NCBI GenBank assembly: GCA_963719225.1
Contig: CAVRAY010000001.1
Span: forward strand, 2,688,001 to 2,752,000
Source of the DNA: Thermoanaerobaculia bacterium
GTDB lineage: Bacteria > Acidobacteriota > Thermoanaerobaculia > UBA5066
DNA: 64,000 bases
Reading direction: 5' to 3'
Shown here: in pieces, positions 10,961-30,917 of the stretch
Numbering within the stretch: position 1 is the first letter of the stretch
Layout of the letters: each line of letters opens with the position of its first letter
Program-made: the position numbers and the translations under genes
The notes under the pieces: generated by a model
What the model saw: the letters and a program-made list of their open reading frames with translations, nothing else
What the model was told of the DNA's origin: nothing
The model's database searches: none

Positions 10961-11664
10961 GCCAGCACCTCGATCGCCGCGCGGAGAGCGTCTTCGGAGA
11001 AGACGACCGTTCCCGCGTTCAGCGCGTCGTAGACGTTGATGCCGAGGACGTCCATCGCCACGACCTTCGGGTTGTTGGAAGCCGCGCGCGAGAGATTGAG
11101 GTTCTGCTTCCGGTCGAGAACGAGCGCCTTGCCCTCGACGCCGAGCTTCGCGAGGACGCCCGCGAAGTCCTTCGTCTTGTGGCTCGAGAGCTCGAGCGAG
11201 TCGAGGAGGACGACCTGGTTGCCGCGCGCCTTCTCGGAAAGCACGCAACGCAGGGCCGCCTTCTTCGCCTTCGCGTTGACCTTCAGGTCGTAGGAATGCG
11301 GCCGCGGGCCGAAGACCGTGCCGCCGTGGCGGTGGATCGGCGGGCGTCCGCCGCCCTGACGCGCGCGGCCGGTGTGCTTCTGCTTGAAGGGCTTCTTGCC
11401 GCTGCCGGAGACTTCCGAGCGCACTTTCGTCTTGTGCGTGCCGCGGTGCTCGCGCGCGCGGATCTGCTTCACGACCTCCCAGACGAGGTGACGGCGGAAG
11501 GGCACGCCGAAGATCTCTTCCGGAAGAGTGACCTCGCCCACCTTCTCGGCCGCGAGGTTGCGAAGCGGGAGCGTGAGCGACGCGCTCTCGCCCGCCTTCG
11601 GCGTGGCCGCGGTGCCGCTCTTCGCGGCTTTTCGGAGGGGGGTTTTCCGGGTCGTCGCCATCAT
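10957..11664 (-). CDS. rplD: 50S ribosomal protein L4
   Basis: GTHKTKVRSEVSGSGKKPFKQKHTGRARQG and GGTVFGPRP. Start is ATG 11664 or GTG 11676. Confidence 0.96.
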   Translation of the reverse strand: MMATTRKTPLRKAAKSGTAATPKAGESASLTLPLRNLAAEKVGEVTLPEEIFGVPFRRHLVWEVVKQIRAREHRGTHKTKVRSEVSGSGKKPFKQKHTGRARQGGGRPPIHRHGGTVFGPRPHSYDLKVNAKAKKAALRCVLSEKARGNQVVLLDSLELSSHKTKDFAGVLAKLGVEGKALVLDRKQNLNLSRAASNNPKVVAMDVLGINVYDALNAGTVVFSEDALRAAIEVLA

Positions 11665-11672
11665 CGCCCCCT

Positions 11673-12329
11673 TCACGCCGCCGCCCCGCGGCTAGCTTTC
11701 CCGGAGAGCTTCTTCACGATCTTGACGACCGTGTTGCGGGCTCCCGGGACCGCGCCCCGGAGGTAGAGCAGGTGGTTCTCCGAGTCGACGCGCACGACGA
11801 CGAGGTTCTTCATCGTCGTCTGCTTGCCGCCCATCCGACCCGAGGAACGCGTGCCGGCATACACCCGCGACGGAAAGGCCGAGGGCCCGATCGAGCCGGG
11901 GGCCCTGTGGAACATCGAGCCGTGCGTGGCCGCGCCGCCGGCGAAGCCGTGGCGCTTCATGACGCCCTGGAAACCCTTGCCCTTGGAGACGCCGACGACG
12001 TCGACGTGCTCCTTCTCGGCGAAGATGTCGCAGAGCACCTTGTCGCCCGGCGCCGCTTTCTCGTCCGCGTCGCAGCGCACCTCGCCGAGGGTCTTCGTCG
12101 GCGGCACGCCCGCCTTCTCGAAATGCCCTTTCGCGGGAGCCGTGAGGCGCCGCGGCGAGACGCGTCCGACGAGCCCGAGCTGAAGGGCGTCGTAACCGTC
12201 GTTGTCCTTCGTCTTGCGCTGGACGACGAGGCAGGGCCCGGCCTCGACGACGGTGACCGGCACGACCGTGCCGTCCGCCTCGAAGACCTGGGTCATCCCG
12301 ATCTTGCGTCCCAGAATTCCGTTGATCAT
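11673..12329 (-). CDS. rplC: 50S ribosomal protein L3
   Basis: [33 protein letters not shown]. Confidence 0.98.
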   Translation of the reverse strand: MINGILGRKIGMTQVFEADGTVVPVTVVEAGPCLVVQRKTKDNDGYDALQLGLVGRVSPRRLTAPAKGHFEKAGVPPTKTLGEVRCDADEKAAPGDKVLCDIFAEKEHVDVVGVSKGKGFQGVMKRHGFAGGAATHGSMFHRAPGSIGPSAFPSRVYAGTRSSGRMGGKQTTMKNLVVVRVDSENHLLYLRGAVPGARNTVVKIVKKLSGKASRGAAA

Positions 12330-12368
12330 CGTGTGCTTCCTCGTCCCGCCTTCGTGTGACGGGACGGT

Positions 12369-12686
<318 letters not shown>

Positions 12687-12701
12687 TTGAATCTCGTTTC
12701 C

Positions 12702-13904
<1,203 letters not shown>

Positions 13905-13928
13905 CGTCTCCTCCGTTGCTCGGGATTC

Positions 13929-16004
13929 TTAAACCGAGACCTTGGCGATGATCCCCTCGGCGATCGCCTTCGGGACCTCGTCGTAGCGTTCGAACTGCAT
14001 CGAGTAGTTGGCCCGGCCCTGCGTGAGCGACCGGAGCGTGGTGGCGTAGCCGAACATCTCCGCGAGCGGGACGCTCGCCGTGATGACCTGGAAGTTCACG
14101 CGCGGCTCCATGTGATTGATCCGGCCTCGGCGCGAGCTCAGGTCGCCGTTCACGGGCCCGAGGAACTCGTCGGGCGTGACGACCTCGACGGCCATCATGG
14201 GCTCGAGGATGACGGGGTTCGCCTTTCGCGCGGCGTCCTGGAACGCCATCGAGCCCGCGATCTTGAAGGCCATCTCCGACGAATCGACGTCGTGGTACGA
14301 GCCGTCGTACAGCTCGACCTGGATGTTGACGGTCGGGTAGCCGGCGAGGACGCCCGTGAGGGTCGCCTCGCGAATGCCCTGGTCGATCGGCTTGATGAAT
14401 TCCTTGGGGATCGTGCCGCCGGTGATGCCGTTGATGAACTCGTAGTCCTTGCCCTCGGGATGCGGCCGAAGCCGGATCTTGGCGTGGCCGTACTGGCCCT
14501 TGCCGCCCGACTGGCGGATGAACTTGCCTTCGCCCGCGACGTCCTTGCGGATCGTCTCGCGGTAGGCGACCTGGGGCTTGCCAACGTTCGCGCCGACGTT
14601 GAACTCGCGCACCATGCGGTCGACGATGATCTCGAGGTGGAGCTCGCCCATCCCGGCGATGATCGTCTGGTTCGTCTCCTTGTCCGTGTGCACGCGGAAG
14701 GTCGGGTCCTCCTGCATGAGCTTCGCGAGCGCCATCCCCATCTTTTCCTGATCGGCCTTCGTTTTCGGCTCGATGGAGAGCGTGATGACGGGCTCGGGGA
14801 ACTTCATCGACTCGAGGACGACGATGTGGTCGCGCTCGCAGATCGTGTCGCCCGTCGTGACGTTCTTCAGGCCGACGGCGGCGGCGATGTCGCCCGCCCA
14901 CACTTCCTTGATCTCCTCGCGCTTGTTCGCGTGCATCTTCAGGAGACGGCCGATGCGCTCGTTCGTCTGCTTCGTCGAGTTGTAGACGCCCGAGCCGGCG
15001 TCGAGGTGCCCCGCGTAGACGCGGAAGAACGCGAGCTGGCCGACGAACGGGTCGGTCATGATCTTGAACACGAGGCCGGCGAACGGCGCCTCGTCGTCCG
15101 TGTCGAGCGCGACTTCCTTCCCGTCGTCATCCACGCCCCGGATCGCGGGAATGTCGAGAGGCGACGGGAGGTAGTCGACGACGGCATCGAGAAGCTGCTG
15201 GACGCCCTTGTTCTTGAACGCCGAGCCGCAGACGACCGGATGGAGCTTGCCCGAGATCGTCGCCTTGCGAAGGGCGGCGCGCATCTCGTCCGGCGTCGGC
15301 GCATGGCCGTCCATGAACTTCTGCATGAGCGCGTCGTCGGTCTCCGCGAGAAGCTCGATGAGCCGCTCGCGGTACTTGTCGTACATGGCCTTGTGGTCGG
15401 CCGGGACTTCGATGGTCTCGAATTCCGCGCCGAGCGCGTCGTCCTTGAAGTCGTAGGCCTTGCCCTCGATGAGGTCGATGACCCCCTCGAAGGTCTCGGC
15501 CGAGCCGAACGGAATCTGGACCGCCGTGGGCTTCGCCCCGAGCTTCGTGATCATCATCTCGACGCAGCGGTCGAAATCCGCGCCGACGCGGTCCATCTTG
15601 TTGATGAACGCGATGCGCGGAACGCCGTAGCGGTCCGCCTGGCGCCATACCGTCTCGGACTGCGGCTCGACTCCGGAGACGGCGTCGAACACGGCCACCG
15701 CGCCGTCCAGCACGCGCAACGACCGCTCCACCTCGGCCGTGAAGTCCACGTGCCCGGGGGTGTCGATGATGTTGATCCGGGTGTCCTTCCAGAAGCACGT
15801 CGTAGCGGCCGACGTGATCGTGATCCCGCGCTCCTGCTCCTGGACCATCCAGTCCATCACGGCGGTGCCTTCGTGGACCTCGCCGAGCTTGTAGCTGACG
15901 CCGGTGTAATAGAGCACACGCTCAGTCGTCGTGGTCTTACCCGCGTCGATGTGAGCCATGATGCCGATGTTGCGGCACTTATCGAGAGGATGAGTTCTCG
16001 GCAT
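13929..16004 (-). CDS. fusA: Elongation factor G
   Basis: [40 protein letters not shown]. Confidence 0.99.
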   Translation of the reverse strand: MPRTHPLDKCRNIGIMAHIDAGKTTTTERVLYYTGVSYKLGEVHEGTAVMDWMVQEQERGITITSAATTCFWKDTRINIIDTPGHVDFTAEVERSLRVLDGAVAVFDAVSGVEPQSETVWRQADRYGVPRIAFINKMDRVGADFDRCVEMMITKLGAKPTAVQIPFGSAETFEGVIDLIEGKAYDFKDDALGAEFETIEVPADHKAMYDKYRERLIELLAETDDALMQKFMDGHAPTPDEMRAALRKATISGKLHPVVCGSAFKNKGVQQLLDAVVDYLPSPLDIPAIRGVDDDGKEVALDTDDEAPFAGLVFKIMTDPFVGQLAFFRVYAGHLDAGSGVYNSTKQTNERIGRLLKMHANKREEIKEVWAGDIAAAVGLKNVTTGDTICERDHIVVLESMKFPEPVITLSIEPKTKADQEKMGMALAKLMQEDPTFRVHTDKETNQTIIAGMGELHLEIIVDRMVREFNVGANVGKPQVAYRETIRKDVAGEGKFIRQSGGKGQYGHAKIRLRPHPEGKDYEFINGITGGTIPKEFIKPIDQGIREATLTGVLAGYPTVNIQVELYDGSYHDVDSSEMAFKIAGSMAFQDAARKANPVILEPMMAVEVVTPDEFLGPVNGDLSSRRGRINHMEPRVNFQVITASVPLAEMFGYATTLRSLTQGRANYSMQFERYDEVPKAIAEGIIAKVSV

Positions 16005-16198
16005 AACGAGTGTGTCCCGTCCCGGGGTGTCTGCGCCGTCGATCGCAGTGTTTCCGCGGTTGCCGAATCGGGCCGGCGCCGGGAACCTGAGATCCGCACG
16101 CTGTGAGGCGTGTCCGGGCTTCTCGAGAGGACCTGTCCGGGTCTGCGCCTTTCAGCGCCGACCGGCCGGTTTCCGCTCACCCGGAGAAGTGTGCAGTC

Positions 16199-16678
<480 letters not shown>

Positions 16679-17053
16679 TTACGCCTTCGGCCTTTTCGCG
16701 CCGTACTTGCTGCGCGACTGCTTGCGGTTCGCGACGCCGACCGCGTCGAGCGTTCCGCGAATGATGTGGTAGCGCACGCCGGGAAGGTCCTTCACGCGGC
16801 CTCCGCGGATCATGACGATCGAGTGCTCCTGCAGGTTGTGGCCGATGCCCGGGATGTAGGTCGTGACCTCGATCCCGTTCGTGAGCCTGACGCGGGCGAT
16901 CTTGCGGAGAGCCGAGTTCGGCTTTTTCGGCGTCGTCGTCTTGACCTGCGTGCACACGCCCCGTCGCTGGGGGCAGGACTGAAGAGCGGGCGATTTCGTC
17001 TTGTAACGGACGCTTTCGCGGCCCTTTCTCACGAGCTGGCTGATCGTCGGCAT
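16679..17053 (-). CDS. rpsL: 30S ribosomal protein S12
   Basis: [11 protein letters not shown] and [13 protein letters not shown]. Confidence 0.99.
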   Translation of the reverse strand: MPTISQLVRKGRESVRYKTKSPALQSCPQRRGVCTQVKTTTPKKPNSALRKIARVRLTNGIEVTTYIPGIGHNLQEHSIVMIRGGRVKDLPGVRYHIIRGTLDAVGVANRKQSRSKYGAKRPKA

Positions 17054-17210
17054 GAGAGTTTCGAGACTCCTTCGGACATGAAAAGACGATGGGACGACCC
17101 GTTGAAGGAAGACGACGGAGCGGAATCAGCCGAGTCGACGGCCGAACGGCTGTCCCAGAGGCGCGACACGACCTTTTCGCCGCCGAGCCGGTCCCCGGGG
17201 AAACCGGTGG

Positions 17211-17239
17211 AGAATATAGGTCCCGGCGGGGGCTGTCAA
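17211..17239 (-). promoter_or_regulatory. Sigma70-type promoter of the str/S10/spc transcript
   Basis: Minus strand reads TTGACA-N17-TATTCT, about 160 bp upstream of rpsL. Confidence 0.75.
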
Positions 17240-18180
17240 GCGCGATCCCCTGCGTTTGACAGACGTTGCGCGAGGCTCTCGCCGGTGTCCAAGGCGTGAC
17301 GCACCCTCCGGGCCAGCCGGAAAACCTCGGGTCGCCCGACTTTGGATCCCGGGCCGTACGTTTCGATCTTCTCCAGGGAAAGCCAGGCGAGCTCCACGGG
17401 CAGGCCCGTGAATTCGAGAATGCCGCGGGGAGCGCCTGCCCGTTCGAGGGCGCCGATGTACTTCCCGGCCGCCACGAGGTCTCGGCGGGCCAGGTCAAAC
17501 ACCTCGCCACGGGGGACGGACGTCGGCAGATAGGTGCGGCCTTCCGAGGCATCTACGGCGGCATCCTTCAGAATATTCACGAGTTGCAGCGCTTCCCCAA
17601 AGGTGGCGGCCCTGGAGCGGAGCGTCTCCGCCACCGCCTCGAGGTTCGGGCGATCGAGCAGGAAGAGCTCCGTCAGCATCTCCCCCACGAGGCCGGCGAC
17701 GACATAGCAGTACGCCTTGAGGTCGTCGAAATCAAGGAGCGTGAGACGCCCGTCGCGGACGCGCCCGACGAACCCGGCCATGCCGTCCGCCGTACGGCTC
17801 ACGTATCTGCGGATCGCCTCGGCGGCCCCGGGCGAGAGCCCACGAAACGCATCCAGAACGAAAGGGACCTCGGAGAGGAGCTCCCGGTCTCCGCGACTCG
17901 CCGCGATCCGGGCGTCCGCCCATTTCCGCGAGAGGCCGAGCGCTTCGTCGGGCCTCGGGGCGGCGACGAGACCGATGAAGTCGCGCAACGCGCCGATGCG
18001 AATTTCGGGGGAAACGTGCGAGGCGTCCTCGAACGTGTCGGCGATCCGAAAGAGAAGGTATGCCACCGTGACTTCCCGCCGCGTCGGCTCCGGCAGAGGA
18101 GGGATCGACAGCGCGAAGGTGCGGCTCGTCTTCTCGAGGAGATCGAAGAGATCAGCCACGTCGTCCGGCCATTTCCGCAT
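17236..18180 (-). CDS. Squalene/phytoene synthase family protein
   Basis: TSRTFALSI, RIADTFED (DxxED), YCYVVAGLVGEML, ALQLVNILKD...DASEGRTYLP. Start assumed at ATG 18180. Confidence 0.88.
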   Translation of the reverse strand: MRKWPDDVADLFDLLEKTSRTFALSIPPLPEPTRREVTVAYLLFRIADTFEDASHVSPEIRIGALRDFIGLVAAPRPDEALGLSRKWADARIAASRGDRELLSEVPFVLDAFRGLSPGAAEAIRRYVSRTADGMAGFVGRVRDGRLTLLDFDDLKAYCYVVAGLVGEMLTELFLLDRPNLEAVAETLRSRAATFGEALQLVNILKDAAVDASEGRTYLPTSVPRGEVFDLARRDLVAAGKYIGALERAGAPRGILEFTGLPVELAWLSLEKIETYGPGSKVGRPEVFRLARRVRHALDTGESLAQRLSNAGDRA

Positions 18181-18290
18181 GTTACGAGACGGACATTTCT
18201 CGCGCCGAGGGGCTCCTGAAGGAATTTCCGGCACGCAACGTGAAACAACACCGGTGTGGCGGTATGGAAGCCACGAAAAGGAGGGAGAAA

Positions 18291-18530
18291 ATGGTCCTTC
18301 TCGAGACTTTCACGGATCAGGCGCCCGGCTCCCTTCAAGGTCCGGAGGCGGTGATCGAGCTTTGCCCGCGCTGCGGAAGGCCTGGCGTGGAACGGCGCTC
18401 GGCCGAAGGCCGCGTCTGCGTCCATGCCGAAACGTCGGAGCTTCTTGCCGACGGCCTGCTGACGATGCCCGTCGAGTCGTGCCCGCTCGGACCTCTTCCG
18501 TTCGACGTCCACGATCCCGACGTGATCTGA
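18291..18530 (+). CDS. Small hypothetical protein with CPRC...CxH...C (possible zinc-binding)
   Basis: GAGGGAG RBS before ATG 18291. Contains ELCPRCGRPG...VCVH...ESCP. Confidence 0.55.
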   Translation: MVLLETFTDQAPGSLQGPEAVIELCPRCGRPGVERRSAEGRVCVHAETSELLADGLLTMPVESCPLGPLPFDVHDPDVI

Positions 18531-18570
18531 GGTTTCCGAGATAGGCTTCCGTCGATTAGACGGAGGCCTC

Positions 18571-20343
18571 ATGTCGCAGCCGGCTGCTTTTCCGGCGAAC
18601 GTTCGCGCACGCCGGACGCTCGCCCCTCTCATCCTAGTTGTGCTCTGGGCGGCACCCGGGACCGCGTCCGGGACGATCCCTTCGCCGCTGCGTTTCGCCG
18701 TCTCCTTCCCGAAGGAACGCAGCGCGGCGCCGCTCGACGGACGTGTCTACCTCATGCTGTCAACCGACCCGGCCGAGGAGCCTCGAAAGCAGATCTCGAT
18801 CGGCCTCAAGACGCAGCAGATCTTCGGCATCGACGTGGAGCGTCTCCTGCCCGGGGTGGATGCGGTCTTCGATGCGGCCGTCCTCGGCTATCCGGTCGAC
18901 AGCCTCGCGCGCGTTCCGAAGGGGACGTACATCGTCCAGGCTCTTCTCCATCGCTACGAGACGTTTCGCCGCGCCGACGGCCACGTCGTCAAGCTCCCGA
19001 TGGACCGCTGCGAAGGGCAGCACTGGAACCTCGCGCCGGGCAACTTCTACTCGACGCCGCGGAAAATCGACGTCGACCCCTCCCGGTCCGACACGATTCG
19101 GATTGCGCTCGACCAGGTGATCCCGCCCATCCCCGATCCGCCCGCCACGAAGTGGATCCGGCACGAGAAGATCCGGAGCGAGCGCCTGTCCAGGTTCTGG
19201 GGGCGGGACATGTATCTCGGCGCGCACGTGCTCCTTCCCCTCGGCTTCGACGAGCACCCGGAGGCCCGCTACCCCTTCGTCATCTTCCACGGCCACTTCC
19301 CCGAAACGTTCGGCGGCTTCCGCGAGGAGCCGCCGGACCCGAACCTGAAGCCGAAGTTCAGCGAGCGGTTCCATCTCGAGGGCTACAACCGAATCGAGCA
19401 GGAACAGGCCCACCAGCTCTACAAGGACTGGACGTCTCCCGGGTTCCCGCGCGCGATCGTCGTCGAGATCCAGCACGCGAACCCGTACTACGACGACTCC
19501 TACGCCGTGAACTCCGCCAACCTCGGGCCTTACGGCGATGCGATCGAATACGAGCTCATCCCGTACCTCGAGAAGAAATACCGGGCGCTCGGCGCCGGCT
19601 GGGCGAGATTCGCTTACGGCGGCTCGACGGGCGGCTGGGAAGCCATGGCCGTCCAGGTCTTCTATCCCGACGACTACAACGGCGTGTACGTCGCCTGTCC
19701 CGACCCCATCGACTTCCGCGCGTACACGGTCATCAACCTCTACGAGGACACGAACGCCTACGTCCCCGACTCTCCCTGGAAGAAGATTGCGCGCCCGGCC
19801 CAGCGCGACGCCTTCGGGACGATCTCGGCGACCGTCGAGGACACGAACCGGCTCGAGCTCGTCCTCGGGACGAACGGCCGCTCGGGCGAGCAGTGGGACA
19901 TCTGGCAGGCCGTCTACTCGCCGGCTGGCGCCGACGGCTACCCGAAGCCGATCTGGAACAAGCGGACCGGAGTCATCGACAAGGAGGTCGCCGCGTACTG
20001 GAAGGAGCACTTCGACCTCACGCACATCCTGAAGCGCGACTGGGACAAGGGACTCGGGAAGAGGGTCGAGGGCAAGCTCCACATCTTCGTGGGCGAGGCG
20101 GACAACTACTTCCTGAACAACGCGGTCGTCCTCGCCGAGGAGTTCCTGAAATCGGCGAAGAACCCGCCCTCCGGCGCCTTCGTCGACTACGAGCCTCGCG
20201 CCGAGCACTGCTGGAACGGCGATCACACCCGCCCGAACGCGATCTCCCGCTTGCGCTACCATCAGATGTTCTTGCCCAGGATCGTCGAACGCATCCGGAA
20301 GTCTGCGCCGCCTGGGGCCGACTTAAGTAGCTGGAATTACTAG
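18571..20343 (+). CDS. Secreted alpha/beta-hydrolase (putative esterase family)
   Basis: Signal-peptide-like N-terminus, GGSTGG nucleophile elbow, SANLGPYGDAI..ELIPYLE, C-terminal His (AEHCW). Confidence 0.8.
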   Translation: MSQPAAFPANVRARRTLAPLILVVLWAAPGTASGTIPSPLRFAVSFPKERSAAPLDGRVYLMLSTDPAEEPRKQISIGLKTQQIFGIDVERLLPGVDAVFDAAVLGYPVDSLARVPKGTYIVQALLHRYETFRRADGHVVKLPMDRCEGQHWNLAPGNFYSTPRKIDVDPSRSDTIRIALDQVIPPIPDPPATKWIRHEKIRSERLSRFWGRDMYLGAHVLLPLGFDEHPEARYPFVIFHGHFPETFGGFREEPPDPNLKPKFSERFHLEGYNRIEQEQAHQLYKDWTSPGFPRAIVVEIQHANPYYDDSYAVNSANLGPYGDAIEYELIPYLEKKYRALGAGWARFAYGGSTGGWEAMAVQVFYPDDYNGVYVACPDPIDFRAYTVINLYEDTNAYVPDSPWKKIARPAQRDAFGTISATVEDTNRLELVLGTNGRSGEQWDIWQAVYSPAGADGYPKPIWNKRTGVIDKEVAAYWKEHFDLTHILKRDWDKGLGKRVEGKLHIFVGEADNYFLNNAVVLAEEFLKSAKNPPSGAFVDYEPRAEHCWNGDHTRPNAISRLRYHQMFLPRIVERIRKSAPPGADLSSWNY

Positions 20344-20510
20344 TACTTAGATCAAATATGGGCTTGCCGCGAGCTCGGCCGAAACACCGGCTCCGAGTCT
20401 TGGGGGTCCTCTACATGCAAGTTCATCAGAGACGCCCGGGTCCCGGGGCCGCCAACATTAGGTAGGCGCTCCGGGCCCGGCCCCGGTTCCGGAGACGCTC
20501 GGGAGGAACC

Positions 20511-20945
20511 ATGAAAAACATCTCTCTCATCGCGCTGGCAGCGGCGCTGCTGGGTTCGGCGGTCTACGCGGCCGAGGAAACGAACCCGGCCTCGGCATCG
20601 GCAGGGGCCCATTTCAAGCTCGCCATCATCACGAGCGACAAGTACTCGCGCGACGAAAAAGGCGTTTTCGCACCCGATGCTCCGAAAGTCTTCGCGGTGT
20701 ACCGGGTCATCGTCGGACAGGGGACGAAGGTGAAGGCCTCGTGGTTCGCCGAGAAGGTCGCGGGCCTCGAGCCAAAGACGAAGCTGGCCGAGAACGAAAC
20801 GACGTTCTCGTCGAAGGGCGAGTTCATCGGCTCCTTCTACTGCTCGAAGCCGCCTCAGGGCTGGCCGGTCGGCAGCTACTCCGTCAACCTGTACATGGAC
20901 GGCGTGCTCAGGAAGACGCTCGGGTTCCGCGTCGAGAAGAACTAG
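20511..20945 (+). CDS. Exported hypothetical protein
   Basis: GGAGG RBS, Sec signal peptide (MKNISLIALAAALLGSAVYA), GWPVGSYSVNLY motif, host-like codon usage. Confidence 0.8.
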   Translation: MKNISLIALAAALLGSAVYAAEETNPASASAGAHFKLAIITSDKYSRDEKGVFAPDAPKVFAVYRVIVGQGTKVKASWFAEKVAGLEPKTKLAENETTFSSKGEFIGSFYCSKPPQGWPVGSYSVNLYMDGVLRKTLGFRVEKN

Positions 20946-20948
20946 GCG

Positions 20949-21377
20949 TCAGCGACGTCCGGACGAGACAGCCGGCAGGATCTCGAACCCCATCTGCCGG
21001 AAATGCCGATCGGTCGTCAGAGCCTGCTTGAGCCGGAGCTCCTGCATGACGACGAGGCTCGTGCAGTCCGTGAAGGAGTAGTTCTTGTCGCGATGCCGGA
21101 AGAAGACGCGCCGCGCCTTCTCCGCCCGCGTAACTCCGATCCACTCCCACCGTACACGGGAGCTCCCTTCGACCTGAGTCCACCAGTTCTGGGCAGCTGA
21201 GAGGCTCAGCCTCATCCGGATCAGAGTCAGAGTCTCATCCAGCACGTAATCCGTTGTGACGAGGATATTGCCCTTCTCGAGTGCCTCATCGCGCGCTGCA
21301 CACGCTCTGCCGTTCACGGGGTCGGAACCGTCTGCGCAGGCCATCCAACCGGCCGTGTCGACGAAGATCCCCTTCAT
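20949..21377 (-). CDS. vapC: PIN-domain toxin (VapC family)
   Basis: IFVDTAGW, YVLDETLT, YSFTDCTS, ALTTDRHF acidic PIN motifs. ATGA overlap with the antitoxin. Confidence 0.9.
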   Translation of the reverse strand: MKGIFVDTAGWMACADGSDPVNGRACAARDEALEKGNILVTTDYVLDETLTLIRMRLSLSAAQNWWTQVEGSSRVRWEWIGVTRAEKARRVFFRHRDKNYSFTDCTSLVVMQELRLKQALTTDRHFRQMGFEILPAVSSGRR

Positions 21378-21622
21378 CGCCCGTACAGCACTTCGTCGTG
21401 CCGGTCCGCCGCTCCGCCGTCCACGGAGCGACCCACGGCCTTCGCCCGATAAAGGGTGTCTGCCTCGAGCTCCGGCAACGACGCGGTCATTTCCTCCGCG
21501 GGAACGATCTGGAACGCCGCGCGGCTGCGGTAAATCACGGTGAAACGCGCCCCCTTGCGAACGCGCTCGACCACTCTCGGCAGGGACGCTCGGAGCTGTT
21601 TCGCGTTGATGGTGATGTTCAT
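21374..21622 (-). CDS. Phd/YefM-family antitoxin
   Basis: TINAKQLRASLPRVVERVRKGARFTVIYRSR is a Phd-like N-terminus. Directly upstream of the PIN toxin, with GAGGAG RBS. Confidence 0.8.
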   Translation of the reverse strand: MNITINAKQLRASLPRVVERVRKGARFTVIYRSRAAFQIVPAEEMTASLPELEADTLYRAKAVGRSVDGGAADRHDEVLYGR

Positions 21623-21640
21623 GGCGGCTCCTCACGACAA

Positions 21641-21680
21641 GTTCATTTTGAGTTGAACACGTTTCCCGGAGGTGCGTCAA
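21641..21680 (-). promoter_or_regulatory. Putative TA promoter/operator
   Basis: TTGACG -35-like hexamer (21675-21680) and inverted repeat GTTCA-N8-TGAAC (21641-21658) just upstream of the antitoxin. Confidence 0.45.
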
Positions 21681-21712
21681 GTGGCGGCGCCACCCGGGCT
21701 CGTCCGCACGGA

Positions 21713-21946
21713 TCATCCAAGCCGCCTCACGAAGTCCCGAAGAAGCGAGACGATCCGCGGCAACCTGCGCCGAGCGGGCTCGACGTTCTCGTGGTCGAAC
21801 GGGCAATGGCGGCAGCCCGAGCCGCAGCAGGCGCCGCGGCGGAGCAGATACGCGGTCGTGAAGACCTCGTATCCCGTCTCCGGGTCGAGGTACGTGTCTT
21901 TCCCCTCGGCGATGGCCGCCGCGTGCAGCCGGTCGATCTCGTCCAC
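21713..21946 (-). CDS. DUF5522-like small Cys-rich protein
   Basis: YLDPETGYEVFTTAYLLRRGACCGSGCRHCPF motif. Confidence 0.8.
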   Translation of the reverse strand: MDEIDRLHAAAIAEGKDTYLDPETGYEVFTTAYLLRRGACCGSGCRHCPFDHENVEPARRRLPRIVSLLRDFVRRLG

Positions 21947-21969
21947 GGACGGATTCTGATGAAATCAGA

Positions 21970-22254
21970 ATGCTTTGCGCGAACGTCTTCCGGAGCCGCG
22001 TCCATCGGCGACTCATGAAGCCGGAGGCGGCGCGCGATGCATTCGGGATCCTGCGCGGCCTGCCCCTGAGGGTGGTCGCGTCTGGAGAGCTCTCGTCCGC
22101 GGCGCTGGACCTCGCCCTCGACGCCGGAATCTCCGTCTACGACTCCGTCTATGCGTCCCTCGCCCGCATGCTCGCCGTTCCGCTCGTCACGGCGGACGGC
22201 CGCCTGATCGCCACGCTCCGGAAGGCCGGCGTCGCGGCCCTGCCTCTCGTGTAG
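21970..22254 (+). pseudogene. N-terminally truncated PIN-domain (VapC-like) gene
   Basis: Has CANVF...SVYDSVYASLA...LVTADGRL but lacks the first PIN motif and an antitoxin. Confidence 0.65.
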
Positions 22255-22260
22255 GTCGGA

Positions 22261-22293
22261 GAAGGAAACGGGGCCGGCTTTTCGCCGGCCCCG
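22261..22293 (-). terminator. Rho-independent terminator after rpoC
   Basis: Stem CGGGGCCGGC-GAAAA-GCCGGCCCCG followed by TTTCCTTC on the minus strand. Confidence 0.8.
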
Positions 22294-22319
22294 GGAATTT
22301 GCTTGGAAGGTAAGAGGGG

Positions 22320-26543
<4,224 letters not shown>

Positions 26544-26558
26544 GTGACTCTCTTCTCC

Positions 26559-30833
<4,275 letters not shown>

Positions 30834-30917
30834 TGAGTCAGGTCCCTCTCATGGCCGCGCGCAGGCCGGGGTATGAGGCGCGCGATGGGGCGGCGAAGAA
30901 CGAAGGATGAGGGAGGG

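Noticed and set aside
18232-18247. parS-like sequence ACGTGAAACA
   Set aside because: Only 10 of 16 bases match, and the left arm of the palindrome is absent.
20360-20510. c-di-GMP or other known riboswitch upstream of the exported protein gene
   Set aside because: I could not match the conserved motifs by eye; an Rfam scan is needed.
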